From the NCBI GenBank assembly GCA_964016885.1, contig OZ024740.1:260028001-260092000 (forward strand): a stretch of DNA of 64,000 nucleotides, read 5' to 3'. Position 1 is the stretch's first letter. The number at the start of each line of letters is the position of its first letter. The notes under the pieces were generated by a model, which saw only the letters and a list, made by a program, of their open reading frames with translations, was not told the origin of the DNA and did not search any database. Of this stretch, positions 1 through 12,819 are shown piece by piece. The translations under genes were made by a program, and so were the position numbers. The DNA is from Eledone cirrhosa (taxonomy: Eukaryota).

Positions 1-40
1 CTGGTGGCAATCCATAATGCTACAAATGACGGGAGGAGGA

Positions 41-83
41 GAAGAAGAAGGCAAAGAAGAAGAAGAAGGCGAAGAAGAAGAAG

Positions 84-115
<32 letters not shown>

Positions 116-151
116 GGCAAAGAAGAAAAAGAAGAAGAAGGCAAAGAAGAA
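41..151. repeat. (GAA)n-rich microsatellite
   Basis: Runs of aagaagaag; explains the poly-F ORF 20..208. Confidence 0.9.
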
Positions 152-312
152 GACTGGTGATGACAGGAAAATTTTAAGAGTTGTAGATGTTTTATTTGTC
201 ATTTCCACAGTAGCATTAGTGGAAATGACAAAAAAATATACCTCGTATAATAAGCATTAGTGAATGAGGTAGTAATTGCACTATATATATACACACACAC
301 ACAGAGTCTGCA

Positions 313-2384
313 GTGCTGAGACTGAGGGGACCAGTAATTAGATGGATCGCTTTTTTCCACGACCAGCGCTTAAAAGGAAATGTTTATACTAAAGAACATA
401 ATAATATTGATCTTCTATTTAACTCTAGAAGAAATCCTCCTTTCAATAAAAATCTAGCACAGTTTGAGGAAGAATTAACTAATATTATAAGAGGACTTAA
501 ATTCAAGAGAAACCTTTATAGAGGACAGGAGCACCTTATAAATCTCAGGAATATGATTTCGGACCTTAATTCCTCTAAAAAAGTCTTAGTCCATTCCGAC
601 AAAACTAATAATTTATATGGTGTATCTAAAGATAAATATAATAACCTTATCCTTAAGGAACTAAGGAAGAATTATCGTAAAACTAACCATGAGAATCTGG
701 AATCTATAAACTTGGAAGCTTCTGAGATTATGTCTAAACTTGGCATCGAGAAAAAGACCGAACCATTCTTCCCAAGAACTCCGAGGATAAATCTTAAGGA
801 TCACAAAAGTAACTTTCGAATGGAACTGCCTGTTAGACTAATCGCCCCCTCTAAATCAGATCTGGGGTTGTTAGTAAATCCATTTTGGATAGAATTATCA
901 CATAGGTTCGTTCTAATTGCTCTATTTATAACTTAAATTTATTGGTACATCTGATGTAATTAACAAACACAAATGTATTCAGTTTGACATTGTCAGTTAC
1001 TATTCTTCTATTTCGCCTTCACTCCTCAACAACGCTCTATTTTTCGCATTTAAATATTCTGACATTACCACAGATGAACTTTACATCATTCTCACCGCAA
1101 GAAAAACTATCCTGGAATTCAACAACGAATATTAGACTGATACTTCCAACAATTTTGATATCAGAATGGGTTCATCGGATTCAGCGCAATTGAAGGACAT
1201 GATTGGTATCTTTATTTTGAATTCTTTAAATCGGAAAATTCCTCAACTTCGCGGTGGAATTTATCGTGAGGATGCCCTTTTTACTGTCTTAAACTGTAAC
1301 TTAGTTAACCTTAATATTATTAAGAATAATATACTTGATCTATTTAAGCACCATAACCTAAAAATTGAATTTGAAAACAACGTCAAACTAGCTAACTTCC
1401 TGGATATATCCCTTAATCTTGACACCAGCCTATATTACCCTTACCATAAAGACAATGAGAATCTAAATTATGTTAATTTTAAATCTAACCACCCCATTAA
1501 CGTTAGTAATGTTGAAAAAAGAATCTCAAATCTATCCTCTAATAAAGTTATCTTCGACGCTAAAGCCAATTATTATAATAATGCGCTTTCCAAAGCTGGT
1601 TATCCTGACAAAATTAAATACAGTAAAGAAACCAATCATCGAGAGACTTATAGTAAAATAGTTAGTTATGAACATTCCAATAACTTAAAGAAAAGACCTA
1701 GATACAAAAATGATTTGGTACAACGCTCCTTTTTCTCTATCTATTACTAGTAATATTCCTAAACTATTTTTTAGGGCCTTAGATAAATGCTTCCCTCCCT
1801 CGCATATCTATAGTAAGATCTTTAACAAACATACAATCAAATTCTCTTATTCCACCATTTCCAACATCTCTAACATTATCTCTAAACATAATAAAATATG
1901 AAATAATAAATTATATCCATCCAACACTGAGCGTCATAATAATAGCAATAGTAAACCCGACGTCAATGTTAGCCCTAGGCTAGATTCCGTAAATTTAAAT
2001 ACGACGTCAAACGTGACTTTGTCGAATGTTCATAACACCAATCTAAATCAGGAAACTTTAGCACCTATTGTAAATAACCTCTCCAATCCAATTCCTTCTA
2101 TAAATAATACTAAGTCACTTGTTAATAACTCTGGTAATTTCTCTAATCGTAATTGTAATTGCCCTGTTAGAACTAAATGTCCTCTTAGTAACCAATGTCT
2201 TGATAAAAATTTAGTGTATGAATGTAAGGTTATAACTGGTACTAATTCTTTTACCTATTTTGGTTCCACTTCCACTTCCTTTAAAGCAAGATTTTATAAT
2301 CACAATTCGTCTTTTAAATACCAATTTAAAAGAACTAACACGGCACTCTCAGAACTCATATGGTCCTTAAAACAAAAATATTAA
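313..2384 (+). mobile_element. Penelope-like retroelement (probably Naiad clade), frameshifted RT + GIY-YIG endonuclease
   Basis: Consecutive ORF pieces carry PLE motifs: SDKTNNLY, PVRLIAPSKSDLG, MGSSDSAQL, GIYREDAL (decayed YRDD), FLDISLNL, SNHP, IWYNAPFS. Then CNCPVRTKCPLSNQC (CxCx5Cx5C) and GIY-YIG NLVYECKV...YFGST..FKARFYNH..TALS. Confidence 0.88.
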
Positions 2385-2397
2385 CTACAACAATCTC

Positions 2398-2732
2398 TCT
2401 GTGTGTATCTGTAGACCTCATGGGGTCTGTTGATAGTGGTGAATCTTTCACATAGCTTGTTCTGTAGTGGGGTGCTCCGATGTCTCTGGCTGTAGACCAC
2501 TGGGGTCTGTTGATAGCAGTGAATCCTTACATAGTTAGTTGCTAGCGTAATGCTCCGATGTCTCTGGCTGTAGACCACTGGGGTCTATTGATAGCAGTGA
2601 ATCCTTACATAGTTTGTTATAGGTGTAATGCTCCAATGTATCTGGCTTTTCTGTAAACCTCTGGGGTCTGAAGCTAGCGGTTAATCTTTACATAATTTGT
2701 TGTGTATCCTAGCGCCCCGATGTCTCTGTGTC
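2398..2732. repeat. ~78-bp tandem minisatellite, ~4 copies
   Basis: ccgatgtctc-like unit starts recur at 2477, 2555, 2633 and 2717. Confidence 0.85.
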
Positions 2733-3096
2733 TAAGGTGGGAAAATATAGGCTTTATATACCTATCGCTTCCTGCCCCCCCCCCCCCTTTGAGGGGATAG
2801 TCAACCTGTCTACACCAAAAGGGTGTTGACCTAGAATTTTACCTTTAGGTGTCACCCAAGGTTCAAGGCGCAGACAGGTTTTGCTACATTTGGAGAGAGA
2901 GAGAGAGTAATATATATATAGAGAGAGGGAGAGTAAATGCTTAACATATATATATATATATATATATGGAAAGTTATATTTAAATTGTTGGGTTACAACT
3001 AGTAAATATTTATAACTGATATAAAAGCACTCGACAAGTATTTGGAGTATATTTACAATATTAAATAAATGGAAACTATATTTATAAAACCATATT

Positions 3097-3162
3097 TATT
3101 TCATTATATATATTTCAGGGATATCATATTAACAATATGCTATGCCTTCCTCAGACAAAATA
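3097..3162 (-). ncRNA. Minimal type I hammerhead ribozyme motif (family 1)
   Basis: Minus strand reads TATTTTGT-CTGAGGA-[AGGCATAGCATATT gtt AATATGATATCCCT]-GAAA-TATATA-TA-ATGAAATA. Stems I and II pair, stem III is palindromic, and AATAAA follows. Confidence 0.72.
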
Positions 3163-3353
3163 CAATATAAACAGTTTTATAGATAAATAGATTTGACATA
3201 CCGTAACAACATCGACTTGTATTTGAAAAGTATTTGAAAAGTGCCAATTCAACTTTTCAAATACAAGTCGATGTTGTTACGGTATGTCAAATCTATTTAT
3301 CTATAAAACTGTTTATATTGTATTTTGTCTGAGGAAGGCATAGCATATTGTTA

Positions 3354-4183
3354 GAGGGTTCTCCCTAAAAATGAAAGGCAGGTTATACGATGCCTGCATA
3401 CGAACAGCAATGCTGCATGGCAGTGAGACCTGGGCATTGTGTGCAGAGGATATACGCAGACTAGAGAGGAACGAAGCTTGCATGCTCCGCTGGATGTGCA
3501 ATAGTAATATACGTGAACGGCAAAGCATAAACGAACTAAGGAAAAAATTAGAAATAAGAGGGATCAGATGTTGTTTACTCGAGAGAAGGCTACGTTGGTA
3601 CGGTCACGTGATGCGCATGAAAGACGACAGCTGTATAACAAAGTGCAGGGCAATAAAGATAGACGGTAGCCACGGAGTAGGCAGACCCAGAAAAACATGG
3701 GACGAGCTGATAAATTCCGACCTCACACGCTTACACCTCTCCAAGACAATGTCACTGGACCGAGACCTTTGGCGGTACTCAGTAATAGAGAAGACCCGCC
3801 TTACCTAAATACAAAGTAAAAACCTACTACAGTCAGTAGGCACCTCTATCAAAACACACCCCCGTCCCTCCACACCGCCCCTTTCAATGTAAAGTTATGT
3901 TGGTCCCACAACATCCAGGCCGAAACAAATGAGATCGTGTAGGTGTCACGACAAAAAACACACAGTCCACGCTGTAAATGTGGCTGTGTAGGCAACACGG
4001 TAAAAACCTCCCAGCCCCACACTGTAAATGTGGTTGGTGTTAGGAAGGGCATCCAACTGTAGAAAACCCGCCAGACAGTCCTATGCGAGCAAGACAACCA
4101 CTCTTGCCTCAAGTGGGAAAACCCCCGTCCAAACCCATGCAAGCGTGGAACACGGACGCTAAACCTGATGATGATGATGATGA
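3354..4183 (+). mobile_element. 5'-truncated RTE-clade LINE (ORF C-terminus, 3'UTR, (GAT)n tail)
   Basis: ORF 3371..3808 with LHGSETW, RRLRWYGHVMR and GRPRKTW; ends in gatgatgat. Confidence 0.9.
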
Positions 4184-4356
4184 TATCCCTGAAATATATA
4201 TAATGAAATAAATATGGTTTTATAAATATAGTTTCCATTTATTTAATATTGTATATATATATATATATTTACATGCCAACATAAGATCAAAAATGAGGGA
4301 CTCATTTTACTGACATGGCTTTAAAAATGAGGCTTGTGTATAACTCAGATTACATT

Positions 4357-4397
<41 letters not shown>

Positions 4398-4399
<2 letters not shown>

Positions 4400-4518
4400 A
4401 ACGAGTAGGACCCCGATGGCTGAGCTCAAGCCGTTTTGACGGCTAATTCTGGACTCTGGAGTCCAGAATCACCTGTCGAAACGGCTTGAGCTCAGCCGTC
4501 GGGGTCCTACTTGTTCCT
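4398..4518. repeat. ~120-bp fold-back palindrome between (TA)n tracts
   Basis: ggaacgagtaggaccccgatggctgagctcaagccgtt...aacggcttgagctcagccgtcggggtcctacttgttcc, with central ttctggactc-tg-gagtccagaa. Confidence 0.85.
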
Positions 4519-4596
4519 ATTACCCACTCTACTACCCTAAGTATTGAGTACTTTGGTGCGTTATGGTCCACCTGGTTCCTTACCACATTTCCTTTG

Positions 4597-4635
<39 letters not shown>

Positions 4636-5455
4636 GAACTTACTCTCGAAATGGCATGAGGTCAGCCGTCGGGCCCCGACCCCGACTCTCTAGTATATAA
4701 ATGTGTGTGTGCGCGTGTGTGTGTGTATCTATGTCTCGTAATTTAGCCGCCCGATAGCGATCGATAAAATAAGTACCAGGCTTAAAAACAAGTACTGAGT
4801 TCGATATGATTGACTAAAACCCTAAAAGAGTGTGTATGTGAGCAGTTCACTCAGGCACCCAATACACTTTGTATTGTAGGATTTGTGTTAAAAAGGGAAT
4901 CCAACCACAGAAAGTGGACGTATGATGATGATGATGGTGTGCGCATGAGAGAGAGAGAGGAGAAAAGAGGGTGGGAGTTTGAGAGAGAGAGAGATGTCTG
5001 TTATGCGCGTGTGCATGTGTGTCAGAGAGAGAGGTAGAAAGAGGGGGAGATCGAGAGACAGAAATAGAAAGAGAGACGGAGTGAGAGATAGAAAGAGAGA
5101 GAACAAATATGCGCTTATGCACGTGTGTGTGAGAGAGAGAGAAAAAGTAAGAGAGGGTGAGAGCAAGCGAGAGACGGTAAGTTTCGTGACATCAGAGACA
5201 CAGGTGATGGCTGCAGTTGTTTAAACCCCAGGTCAGGCCAGATGGAAGAGAGGCCATAAAGTGTTCCAGTTGTGACGTTCCAGTTGTGAAGCTCCAGTCA
5301 ACATTATCCAGCAATGTAATTTAATAATAATGATAATAGTAATAATAAGGAAAGGTGTGTGATTTGAGAGAAATTTGGCTATTATGTCTAGCTGGTCATT
5401 CGACCATATCGGGACTCCCTCACACGTGATGTCTATTTCAGTATAGGTATGTTGA

Positions 5456-5497
<42 letters not shown>

Positions 5498-6269
5498 CAG
5501 CAGCAGCAGTGCTATATAATCAATGATAATTAACAGCTGTAATGTAGTAGTTGTGGTAGTATAATAGATGTTTCACATTGATATCGTTTAGCCCTAGGTC
5601 AGCTGTAAGGGAGCAGACACACACCCAGACCTATGATGATCAGTGGAGTATTTCTCTCCTCTCTCTCTCTCTCTTACACACACATACACACACCACAGAT
5701 AGCACTACTCCTATACATACAGACATCCAAGAACACATCCAATAAAGGAATGAATCTCCGTCAGTGTCAATGATGAATGTTCCAGTTGTTTGATTAATGG
5801 AACAGCCTGCTCATGAAATTAATGTGCAAGTGAGTGAACATTCCACAGGTACATGTACCCATAACATAATTCTAAGGGAGATTCAGGGTGACACAGTGCA
5901 TAACATGGCTCACCCTTTAAGTCACAAGTACAGTAGTCCATCTGATGGGATTCCAAACAGTTATTATCTACCAAATTTCACTCACAATTGCATGGGTCAA
6001 TTCCAAGCTCAAGATGCCATGTAGTGGGATTGAACCTAGGAGCTAATGATTGTGGAGTGGACTTCTTAACCATTTTACCATGCTGTGTTCACTTTTCCAA
6101 TAAAAGCCACCCCACTGGCTAGCATAAAGCTGTACACTATCACACTCCAGCCTCTAGTTCTGTAGTTTCCAATCTGGGAGGTCCATAAAAGTATGTCTGT
6201 GAGCTAAAATAAAAATTTCAATTATTTTGTTAAAAACATAAATATAAATTATTGGGTATCCATTTTTCT

Positions 6270-6545
6270 CTAAAAGTCTAAAGTCTGTCTCGAGCTTGGA
6301 GGCTCATCAGGCCGTTGCTTATCCCGGTTTCTGTGGCATAAAGCAACTGAAAGTACAAAACTTCCCTTTGGACAGGATGCCAGCCCATCAGAGGATTAAC
6401 CATCCAGCTATTGTTGGAACTCGTTTTCAGCTGATTATACTAGAACCACATGAAATTAAGTGTTTTGCTCAAGAATACAACACACAATCCAGTCCAAGAA
6501 TCAAACCCATGACATTATGATCGTAAGTCCTTACCACAAGACCAC
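6270..6545 (-). mobile_element. tRNA-derived SINE with ctgatgagcc..gctcgagacagac tail
   Basis: Similar to copies at 16822-17112 (+) and 17705-17980 (-). Confidence 0.7.
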
Positions 6546-6769
6546 ATATAAACATTTCTCTCTTTTGCTTGTTATTCTCACCATATAACATTCTTTTGCT
6601 GGGATTTAGTAAGATAACATAACTTTCTCATTATCAGGCTGATGTTGGAAACATGATGTAGCAAAGGATCTTAAATAAAATTACGATGGAATGTGTTAAG
6701 ATAATTATTAACATTTTAAAACAAATAGTTATGTATCATAGAATCATTGGTGTTTTCAAACTTCCCACT

Positions 6770-6960
6770 TCCATCCCAGCCCTGCTATGATGAACCTGCA
6801 GGGATACTTCTCTGGTCACCAGATGCAAGGTACCGAGTAAGATGTCCAAGCATAATCATCAGGACTCTGTTGGTGAAGGACACTGGCCTCACCGGATGGG
6901 ATCGTCTTGCTGCGATGAGAAATTGGGAAGTAAAGAACCAGAACTTTGTGCATGCTTCAC
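6770..6960 (+). mobile_element. LINE (RTE-like) C-terminal fragment
   Basis: LLWSPDARYRVRCPS..RTLLVKDTGL...AAMRNWEV resembles the RTE C-terminal GRP..T...DTG....AM.DR..W pattern. Confidence 0.45.
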
Positions 6961-7127
6961 CTTTGATGGAGGGATGACTCAAGAAGAGCTACTATATTGA
7001 CTCTGAAAGGATGAAAGGCAAAGCTGACTTCGGCAGGATTTGAACTCAGAACCATTACAAGCAGTGCTTTGTTAATCCTTTTGACACCAATTATTTTGTC
7101 ATTTCATTATCCATCGCCCTTAGGAAA

Positions 7128-7300
7128 AACAGCAAGCACAACTTCACCACCAACAGTCTTGGTTTCCCATCAAGGTTTAAAGGTCTTCCTTGTCAATTCC
7201 AGTGTCTCTTAGATGAGACAACAAGCACAACTTCACACCAACAGTCTTGGTTTCCCTTCAAGGTTTGTAGGTCTTTATTGTCAATTCTAGTGTCTCTTGC
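7128..7300. repeat. ~90-bp tandem duplication
   Basis: caagcacaacttcac..caacagtcttggtttccc..caattc.agtgtctctt occurs twice. Confidence 0.8.
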
Positions 7301-7825
7301 TATGACATTCAAATCTGCCTGAAATAACTGTCTCAATGTAATGATAATTTAGGCTCCAAACCTCAGCTTAATAAAGAAAATATCTATATTACATAATAAA
7401 TCCCTTCAAATTCTTGATTATTTTCAAAAAGATTTGAAGATCATAGGCAGTGTTTTTCATGAGAAATGTGCTAATGGAAAGGTTAATGGTGGAGGCATAG
7501 AAGTAGGTAGATGTATGCTTCAGTTATTTAAATTGGTTAATGGTCAGTGGAAATGTAGTGGGTTAGGTGTGAGGGGGAGAGGACTTAATTACAGACAGAA
7601 GAGGAACAATTTACACATGAAGAGTAGTCAGATTCTTTGATCAACAGTAGTACCTTCTCATTGAATTATAATGCAAGTGGCTTAGCACTCAACAGACACT
7701 TGGACATTCATACCATTAACTTAAATATCTGAGACAGTGTGACAAAGCTGATATTTATATCTATCTATTTATATCAGTATATCTCCCTCTTCCTATCTCT
7801 CTATGTATGTATGTGTATGTGTGTG

Positions 7826-8800
7826 TTCTTCTGGTTTTATAATTCTATAAATTTTTACCAATAGAGAGAGAGTCAGATCCTAACATAGAGATAAGACTCT
7901 TTCATTGGAATTTAGACAACATCAATTAAGTAGATATGTCTGCACCTGTATGTGTGTGCAGGTATGGATGCTATTGTATGTGTGGATGTTTTGAGTTATA
8001 TGTGTGCATGTGCATATGTTTTGTATGTGTACATGCAGACTCGCTCGATGAAGGTTCGTAGATGTTGTCGGAGGGAATCGATGCAACACTCAAATGCTGT
8101 CTGGACTGATGTTAGGCCTCTGCCTCTCTGCTTACAAGTAGAAGCGGTCTACATCACTTGATGTGGATTTTGGAGGTTTTAACATCAATTGCTTGGATTT
8201 CATCTATGGTCCAATTGAGTATTCCAAACGTTGTTAGGATGGGCACAGCAAACACATTGTGAGTCAGTTTTATTGTGCACAGAGATTTCAGATAACCATA
8301 TTTTTCTTAATTGGATGTAATATTCCCTCCCTGGTTGTACGTTCCTTGTTACAGATACCATCACAGGATATATTCTCATTTATCCCCAGGTATCTGTAGC
8401 AGCCCTTGTCAGATATCAGTGAAACAGTTAGGCCATTGATAAAAATGTAGCTAGATTGGGTTGTAGTTTTTCCCCACTTTACAATCATATATGAACATTT
8501 ATCCTGGCCAAACTCCATTCCTACATCCTTTGAGAACGTCGTAACCAGGTCAAGATTTTTCTTCATCCCATTTATGTTCTTGGCATAGAGTTTCAGGTTA
8601 TCCACAAAGAAATTATAGGTTAGGTTTTATATTTCTGTTTTCCTGTGAGCAAATTATGTATCCTTCATATTTCTTGAGCAGAAAGGACAAGGGATTTAAT
8701 GATAGAATAAATAGTAGCACAGAGAGACTGTCTCCTTGAAATATACCTTCCTCATTCTTCGGTAAATTAATGTTGTTGATATCATGTTCAGTCACGCTGT
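7826..8800 (-). mobile_element. Decayed R4/Dong-like (RLE) non-LTR retrotransposon fragment
   Basis: RT motifs GIFQGDSLSVLLFILSLNPLS, DNLKLYAK, GMEFGQDKC and YRYLGI; 3'UTR at 7826-7920 is the reverse complement of 60740-60806. Confidence 0.75.
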
Positions 8801-9084
8801 TTGTGGCAAATCCATGTAAAATGAATTTAGTATTTCGTTGGATATCTCTACGAATTCAAATAAAAGATGTCTTCAGTGGATATAGTTAGAAGAATATCAA
8901 GTTATTCAATCACCATCATCATTTTATGTCCGCTTTTCCCTGCTTGCATACGGCTGGTATTGTGGCATTACTGTCAGAGATAGTAATCATCTTAAATTTA
9001 ATGAATAGTCTGCCACGCCAATATGTGTGACCGGTTGCATTGATTATGTACATATTTATGTGTGTGTATGTATGTATCAGTGAT

Positions 9085-9460
9085 ACTGATAACATGTAAC
9101 CTAGTACAACCTGTGCATGGTCAGGTCATCAGCGACTAAACCGGCAATCTCGTTTGGTCAGGAGGGTGATTTTGGACACCTTGTGGGATGAAAAACAAAA
9201 CCCATCAAAGGACAGAGGAACTGAAGAGAGTCAACGCCCATCCAATAAGGTATTATTTTTTTTTATGTGGAGCAAGAGGCTCCTAATTTTCATTAACACA
9301 TCTCTCTAGAAGAAGGTCATTCTGATATAAAACCTACGACTTCGTTTGCATGTAGACCAGTTTAGAGAGTGGGATTGGCCCCGAGCAAAGCTTTTGCTCA
9401 TTTAAAAGCACAGGCACGCTCGATGTGTGACATTTTTGGCAATGTATGACATTCCTGGCA
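9085..9460 (+). mobile_element. 5'UTR fragment of an RTE LINE
   Basis: catgtaacc.agtacaa.ctgt..catggtc..gtcat..g.gactaaac matches the 5' end of the minus-strand RTE near 58830-58890. Confidence 0.55.
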
Positions 9461-9464
9461 GGAC

Positions 9465-10300
9465 TAAAAAGCTATGTCCGTGACATTTCATGCTTAAGCA
9501 TCAAAAGATGGCATTACTTAAAATCGAGTTGCAGCCATCATATATCATCATCATCATTGTTTAATGTCCATCTTCCACGCTAGCATGGGTTAGACGGGAG
9601 TTGTCTCAATTTGAGGCAAGGTTGGTCGGGTGACCATGTCTCGCTCATATAGGACTATCTGGCAGGTTTTCTACGGCTGTATGCCCTTCCTAACACCAAC
9701 CACATTTAGAGTGTGGACATATATATATATCATCATATATATATATGTGTGTGTATGCATGCATCCTTCCACTCATTGCATTCCTTCATCATCTCTGTGA
9801 GATTCACTGATTTAAGATCAGCCCTCACCAGCTCTTGTGATTTCAGTCATCGTTTAACGTCTATCTTCCTAAAAGCTATGTCCGTGACATTCATGCTTAA
9901 GCATCAAAAGATGGCATTACTTAAAATCGAGTTGCAGCCATCATATATCATCATCATCATCGTTTAACGTCTATCTTCCACGCTACCATGGGTTAGATGG
10001 GAATTGTCCCACTTGAGGCAAGATTGTTGGGTGACCATGTGTCGCTCATATAGGACTATCTGGCAATTTTCTACAGCTGGATGCCCTTCCTAACACCAAC
10101 CACATTTACAGTGTGGACTGTGTTTGTTTTTTTTTTATCGTGACACCTACACGACCTCATTAGTTTGGACTGGATGTTGTGGTACCAACATAACTTTACA
10201 GAGAAAGGGTGGTGTTGGTGGGAGTGGGAGGATGGAGTAGGGGTAGTGGGTTGGGGTGTATATTTGGTTAAGAGGTGCCTACTGACTAGGTTTCACTTTG
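9465..10300 (-). mobile_element. Two duplicated RTE-tail/SINE 3' fragments
   Basis: 9465-9718 is repeated at 9868-10098; reverse complement of the RTE 3'UTR at 3830-4183. Confidence 0.75.
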
Positions 10301-10704
10301 TACATAGGCAGTGTGTGTCTGTGTGAGTGTCTGCCTGTGAATGTGTCTATGTGTGCCTGGCTGTCTGTGTGTGTCTGTCTCTCTGTCACTCTATCTCTCT
10401 CTCTACTTCTCAAACTATCTCACACCAAATATATTATCTGCAGTGCCTCTACAAACTACAGCCGTCACCCACAATCGAATATGATTTGATAGTATGTACT
10501 ATGTTTTCCCTAATAGTTTTGTGTGTCCATGCAGACACCCTCTCGACTTCCTTAACCTAGATACAACAGAACATCCAGTATGTAATAGATGGATTAGCTG
10601 AGCTCAATCACGTATATCACCTGACATTTCAGTAAGGTGAGCTATCAACAATGATAAAACCTTCTGTGAATGTCTCCAATCCGCATTGAATAAAAGTATG
10701 AATG

Positions 10705-11030
10705 AAATTTACAGCTCACACCTATGTAGGTTTAGCTGACCTCCTATGAGATTCTATCTTATGAGGGTTTTTTTTGTGTTTTAATGATAGGAGCCCCAGT
10801 CCTATCAACACTTCACATATTGTTGTTGTTACAGCTCACACACATACAGGTTTAGATGACCTCCAAGGAAGTTGCATCTCATAGGAGATTTTTTTAAATG
10901 TTTTAATAAAGGCCCCAATGTTATCAACACTCTACATATTGTTATCGTCATAGTTCATACACATATAGGCTTAGATAGCTTGCTAAGAGGTTCCCTGAGT
11001 ATTTTAATGATAGGGACCGCAGACCTATCA
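10705..11030. repeat. ~120-bp diverged tandem repeat (3 copies) with two hairpins
   Basis: acagctcaca at 10711 and 10831, diverged at ~10950; gataggagccccagtcctatc hairpin; inverted dispersed copy at 34705-34810. Confidence 0.7.
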
Positions 11031-12819
11031 TGAAACGTAACAACGCAATGTCCGGTCCAGGAATCGAACCCATAATCTTATGAATGTGAGTCTAAACCAC
11101 CCTAACCATTTGGCCACGCCACAGCGATGAAACGTGCCTGCAAATAGACTCTAATTCATGCGAACTCAGTAGAATAAGTTCATTTTCAAGTTTCTAATTT
11201 AGGCACAATGTCATCTATTAGGGAGAGGGGAAGGAGGGCTTCGATCAAATCTACCCCAGTACTTAACTAGTAGTATTTTATTTTTAAGGACCCCAGAAAG
11301 AGTGAAAGACAAAATTAACCTCGGTAGGATTTGAACACATTGCAGTTATCGGAACACATATCGCAAAGCATTTAATCCAACGTTTTAAAGACAGCCAAAC
11401 GGCCTAATTCATCCCTAGGGTATTCACATAGTTGATTTAAAGATCAGATCACTCCCATCTCCCTTTTTTCTTGATATTTTCAAAATCATTAATTATATTA
11501 AAGTTATCTCCCTTGTTTGTTTGTTTTAATTTAATTTAATTTTAATTATTCTACTTCCGAAACCACCTGAAACCGTCCATAATTTTATGTTACAAAATTG
11601 TTTGTATTAAGGTATTTATATTTCAATAAAAACCTCCCTACCATTATAATTGTATGTAAGAACCTTTGTTAAATTATGTTTCAAATATTAGATAAATAAT
11701 TCTTGATAATTTACAAAATGATTTGAAAACATAACGACAACCACGATACCATCTACCACAACCACTACTACAACACATACCACTGTCATCATTACATCAT
11801 TTACGAAAAACCATTACACAAACACGATACCATCTACAACAACCGCTACTACATCATCACACGACATACTACCATTGCTGACATCACACGACATACTACC
11901 AGTGCTGACATCACACTATACTACAACATATACCACAGTCAACACGTCTCCATTACACAACCACAACATACACCATCCACCACAATACACCATCTACGAA
12001 TCAACAATGAAGCCTCTACGTGATCACTTGAACTACTAGAAATAGCAGTCACATTGCGGAGGGGGGGGGGGTGGGGGTGATAATCATTGTTGGAATGCAT
12101 CTAATCATAGACCTGCTCAACTAGAGCTTATCTATGGCTAAATAATAATAGACATCGACAGAATTCTAACTATTATCAAACACATAGTAGACACTGTAGA
12201 AATAGCAGCCAAACGTCTCTCAAATCACACTCAGTCGTTTTATATAAGAATATAATGGATAATGTACGGAGATACAGAGCCTGAAAAGAAAAAAAATAAC
12301 GGAAGGTCTTTGATCATATACTTTCATTAGCTGGACCGACCTGGGGTTAAACAACAAGAGTGACCAGCATGTGACAGTCATATATGTATTACGATATTAT
12401 TCGATAACCAATATAGAAACGACGAAAATAATATACGTACGCTATGCATGAATTCCACGAAGGTCTGGTAAACTCCACATATATAGTGTGGGTTACCCAC
12501 TATCATACGGTGGGTAACCACATAGTAATGTCCCGACTGACGAGGTTGTTTACTATTATCACATTACCAACGTAGTTTCTTACTTAGATTCTGATTGGTT
12601 AAACTGATGTCACACTTCAATTTGATTGGTTACATTAGTGTCACATTAAACATTGTTTCAGATTGGTTGATTGAATTTCAGCGGGACTTATTTAACATTT
12701 AAGTTTTAGTCACGTATTACAGGCAATTTAATTGACTTTCGTCTTCTACAAATTCTTGGCCTTTTACTTAAATTTAAAATCATTTCATGTAGAGTCTAAG
12801 GTATATGTGTATTACCACC

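Larger units (their letters stand above)
3054..4253. repeat. Long palindrome (inverted pLTR-like arms) with the right arm split by an RTE insertion
   Basis: 3054-3231 is the reverse complement of 3252-3353 plus 4180-4253. Confidence 0.9.

Noticed and set aside
12536-12575. CTGACGA near a gtgggttaccca hairpin
   Set aside because: No GAAA box or stem I
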